From NCBI GenBank assembly GCA_043807015.1, contig JAZDGJ010000043.1, forward strand, positions 1 through 48,377: DNA of 48,377 nucleotides, written 5' to 3'. The notes beneath the pieces are model-generated. The model saw only the letters and a program-made list of their open reading frames with translations. It had not been told where the DNA came from and searched no databases. This document shows positions 45,980-48,377 of this stretch, piece by piece. The position numbers and the translations under genes are program-made. How positions within the stretch are numbered: the stretch's first letter is position 1; each line of letters starts with the position of its first letter. This DNA is from Candidatus Woesearchaeota archaeon (GTDB taxonomy: Archaea > Nanobdellota > Nanobdellia > Woesearchaeales > UBA10216).

Positions 45980-48330
45980 TTTATCAGCCTTAACACAGCA
46001 TCTGCAAACGCCTTTACATCGCCTTCTTTTACAAGGATGCCGTTCTTCACAACCTCTGGATGGCTGCCGACGTCAAAAGCCACAACTTTCTTGCCGACTG
46101 CCTGTGCTTCGCAATTGTGGACGGCTCCCTGCATCGTAACATAAGTGTTGTCTGCCTTCACATGCAGGTTATAAACATCGCCATTGTACCGTTCTTTGCT
46201 TATTTTCCTAATCATTGCATATAAGTGCTTTTTATCTAGCCAGTAGTGGTTATGCGATGATCTCTCTCTGTTCCCCCTGCACACAGCACCCATTAATGCG
46301 CAAAAATATTTCTTTTGTTCTCCAGTGATGTCCAAAGTATATTCTTCCTTTCCTCTTCTCCTGTTCGTTTTGATGTTTGATATTGCGCCGACACTTAGCA
46401 ACAGGTCTTTTAGCTGTTCAGCTAGTTTCGGCGAGGAAGTGCTATAAGAAACGATCGTATTCTCATTTTTGTCCGCATATATCGTGCCGTCGCCCCTCCA
46501 TAGTCCTTTGAGCAGCTCTATCGCTTCTTTTTTTGGTCTGCACATCAACTTAGAATCAATGTGTTTGTTCTTCGCGCCTTTTCCAAAGAGCGATGAAAAG
46601 AACATATTCAGAATCTGCGAGCTGTAAGTTATCCTGCAGCCGTTTCCGTTAATTTCCTTGCTTCCGCTAATGCCGAATATTTTCTCCATCAGATAAAGTA
46701 CATCGTTTTGGTAAGCCGTTTCCTTTGAATTAAATGAAAAGCAGAGTGTTGTTTTTGAAGTTGGAGAGCAACCTTCTGACAGGTAGTATCCGGCAAGTCT
46801 CATAAATTTGCGGTTAATCCTTATTTTATTCGGCAATGATAACTTTTTTCTCAGCTCATAAGCCATTGCTTTCAGTTGATCTCCGATTTTTCTACAGGTC
46901 TCTGCCGATAGCTCTGAAGTTTTGTTGAGGTAGCGGTATATGGCGTTTTTGCTCATGCCCATTGAGCGTCCAAGCTTTTCATATGTGTCTTTGCCTTTTT
47001 CAGCCAATCTGCTATATTTGTAATAGACACGCCCGCCCTTCATCTCTATTCCGGTTACATAATCACTAATTTTTAAAAAGTTGCTTCGTCCATTATGATT
47101 GTAGTTGCCATAAGGATAAATCAGCGCATACCCCTTTTCAAGATCTTTTGCCTCAATCCATTCTGGCTTATAGCTTGCATAATGCCTTTTTTTGCAGGGG
47201 CAATCTGGCTTGCATATCTTATTTGTTTTACATCTCTTTGTACGAATCGCATAAACCCTATGTTCCGGCGTTATTCTCAGGGGGCTATTGCAGCCATATA
47301 CGCTGATATTCAGCAGGTTCCCCGCATAATGCCTTTTTGTGGCTGAATTTATTTCTCGTTCATTACCTTTGTGGGTTGTGACTTTTTCCCCGATTTGTAA
47401 CGAGATTATATCCTTGAACCCTTGATCTGTTTTTATTTTTGAGTCAGGAGTGAGACAGATCGGCATATTAAAACCCTCCCACAGTGATGCGGTAACGTAA
47501 AGGTCGCAAGCATTGTAGTAGTGGGGCAAATCCTCGTCTGGAATGAATCCTGTGAATATTACTCCGCCGTTGTCCAGCTTTTCAAGCTCTTTTGAATACG
47601 AATCAAACGTGTGCTTTCCAATAACAAGCAGTTTTGCCTTCGGAAATTTCCTCCTCACAATGTTGAAAGCCCTTATCAGGAGATGGATTCCTTTGTGGGG
47701 CGAAATCCTGCCGACGTAAAGCAGTGTTGGCTTGCCAAGCCCGTATTTTTTCCTCACCGCTTCAGTCTTTTTTTCGTCAACGTTTAAGTTGAACCTGCTG
47801 CGGTCTATTTTCACGTATTTTACCCTGCTCCGGAGCCCTGTTTCTTTTTTCAATTCATTGCTGAGGAACCTGCTTATTGAGATTGCATCGTCTGCATTTT
47901 TTACTGTGATTTTGGTGAAGAAATTTATCAGCTTCATCGCTGTCCTTTCAGCAAAGCCCCTGAACAGCTTCGGGTAAGCAAGCCCAACGTCATAGTAAGT
48001 GTAGTGCTTGCCGTATCGCTTTTTCGCAAGCCACGCAGGAATCGTCATTGGGTACAGGAAGCAGATAATCCAGTCATAGCCCTTGAGCATCTTTGCAATC
48101 TTTTCAACCTTTGGAACATCCATGAAGAAGAAAATCTTGTAAATCCTCTCCAGAGTCTTGTTCTTAGGCGCGCCAAACTCAAAGACGCCTGCTTTGGGAT
48201 GATTCATGTCTGCCTTGAAGCAGAAAACGCTGACTTCATTGTTTTCTGAAAGCTCGTCTGCCTCATTCCAGGCAACCCTGTCAGGACCGCTGAATGCAGA
48301 GAACGTCGGCGTGAGTATTGCTATTTTCAT
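45976..48330 (-). CDS. GT4 glycosyltransferase interrupted by an intein (336-aa extein)
   Basis: YVGRISPHKG; removing aa 292-739 gives SLWEGFNMPICEAQAVGKKVV. Confidence 0.93.
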   Translation of the reverse strand: MKIAILTPTFSAFSGPDRVAWNEADELSENNEVSVFCFKADMNHPKAGVFEFGAPKNKTLERIYKIFFFMDVPKVEKIAKMLKGYDWIICFLYPMTIPAWLAKKRYGKHYTYYDVGLAYPKLFRGFAERTAMKLINFFTKITVKNADDAISISRFLSNELKKETGLRSRVKYVKIDRSRFNLNVDEKKTEAVRKKYGLGKPTLLYVGRISPHKGIHLLIRAFNIVRRKFPKAKLLVIGKHTFDSYSKELEKLDNGGVIFTGFIPDEDLPHYYNACDLYVTASLWEGFNMPICLTPDSKIKTDQGFKDIISLQIGEKVTTHKGNEREINSATKRHYAGNLLNISVYGCNSPLRITPEHRVYAIRTKRCKTNKICKPDCPCKKRHYASYKPEWIEAKDLEKGYALIYPYGNYNHNGRSNFLKISDYVTGIEMKGGRVYYKYSRLAEKGKDTYEKLGRSMGMSKNAIYRYLNKTSELSAETCRKIGDQLKAMAYELRKKLSLPNKIRINRKFMRLAGYYLSEGCSPTSKTTLCFSFNSKETAYQNDVLYLMEKIFGISGSKEINGNGCRITYSSQILNMFFSSLFGKGAKNKHIDSKLMCRPKKEAIELLKGLWRGDGTIYADKNENTIVSYSTSSPKLAEQLKDLLLSVGAISNIKTNRRRGKEEYTLDITGEQKKYFCALMGAVCRGNRERSSHNHYWLDKKHLYAMIRKISKERYNGDVYNLHVKADNTYVTMQGAVHNCEAQAVGKKVVAFDVGSHPEVVKNGILVKEGDVKAFADAVLRLIK
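46114..47457 (-). mobile_element. Intein with LAGLIDADG homing endonuclease (448 aa)
   Basis: Block A CLTPDSKI, block B ITPEHRV, LAGYYLSEG and LKGLWRGDG, block F VYNLHV, C-terminal VHN followed by +1 Cys. Confidence 0.95.
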
Positions 48331-48377
48331 CTTGCCACGGGAAGAATTTGCGGTTTTAAAAAGGTTTGTAAAAGCAA

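Noticed and set aside
1-48377. CRISPR array, rRNA, transposase/integrase or reverse transcriptase
   Set aside because: No regularly spaced repeats, rRNA motifs or such ORFs seen

Overview
A very compact archaeal cell-surface glycosylation island of about 42 genes. Archaeal origin is supported by TATA/BRE-type boxes 20-30 nt upstream of most start codons; a DPANN/Woesearchaeota-like host is inference only. It encodes GT2 and GT4 glycosyltransferases, 7 GT-C-type membrane proteins, 2 flippases and a GtrA protein. It also carries CDP-sugar genes (rfbF, rfbG-like, tyvelose-epimerase-like), a wbpB/D/E/I-like diacetamido-uronic acid set, several SAM methyltransferases and B12-dependent radical SAM enzymes. 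The last GT4 carries a 448-aa LAGLIDADG intein inside its E-X7-E motif. The strongest unexplained signal is non-coding: the three longest gaps between genes are filled with highly structured, insertion-like elements. Two of them (34574-34715 and 42975-43282) have different arm sequences but share a perfect four-way junction with an identical core (GCG|GTC..GAC|TT..AA|CC..GG|CGC). They also share similar G-R-N-N-N-TGT-Y ends and degenerate 9-bp flanking direct repeats, and the larger one has a long pseudoknot. The third (12179-12354) is five tandem hairpins between 8-bp direct repeats that split an ATGA gene junction. All calls are by eye from motifs; no database search or folding program was run.
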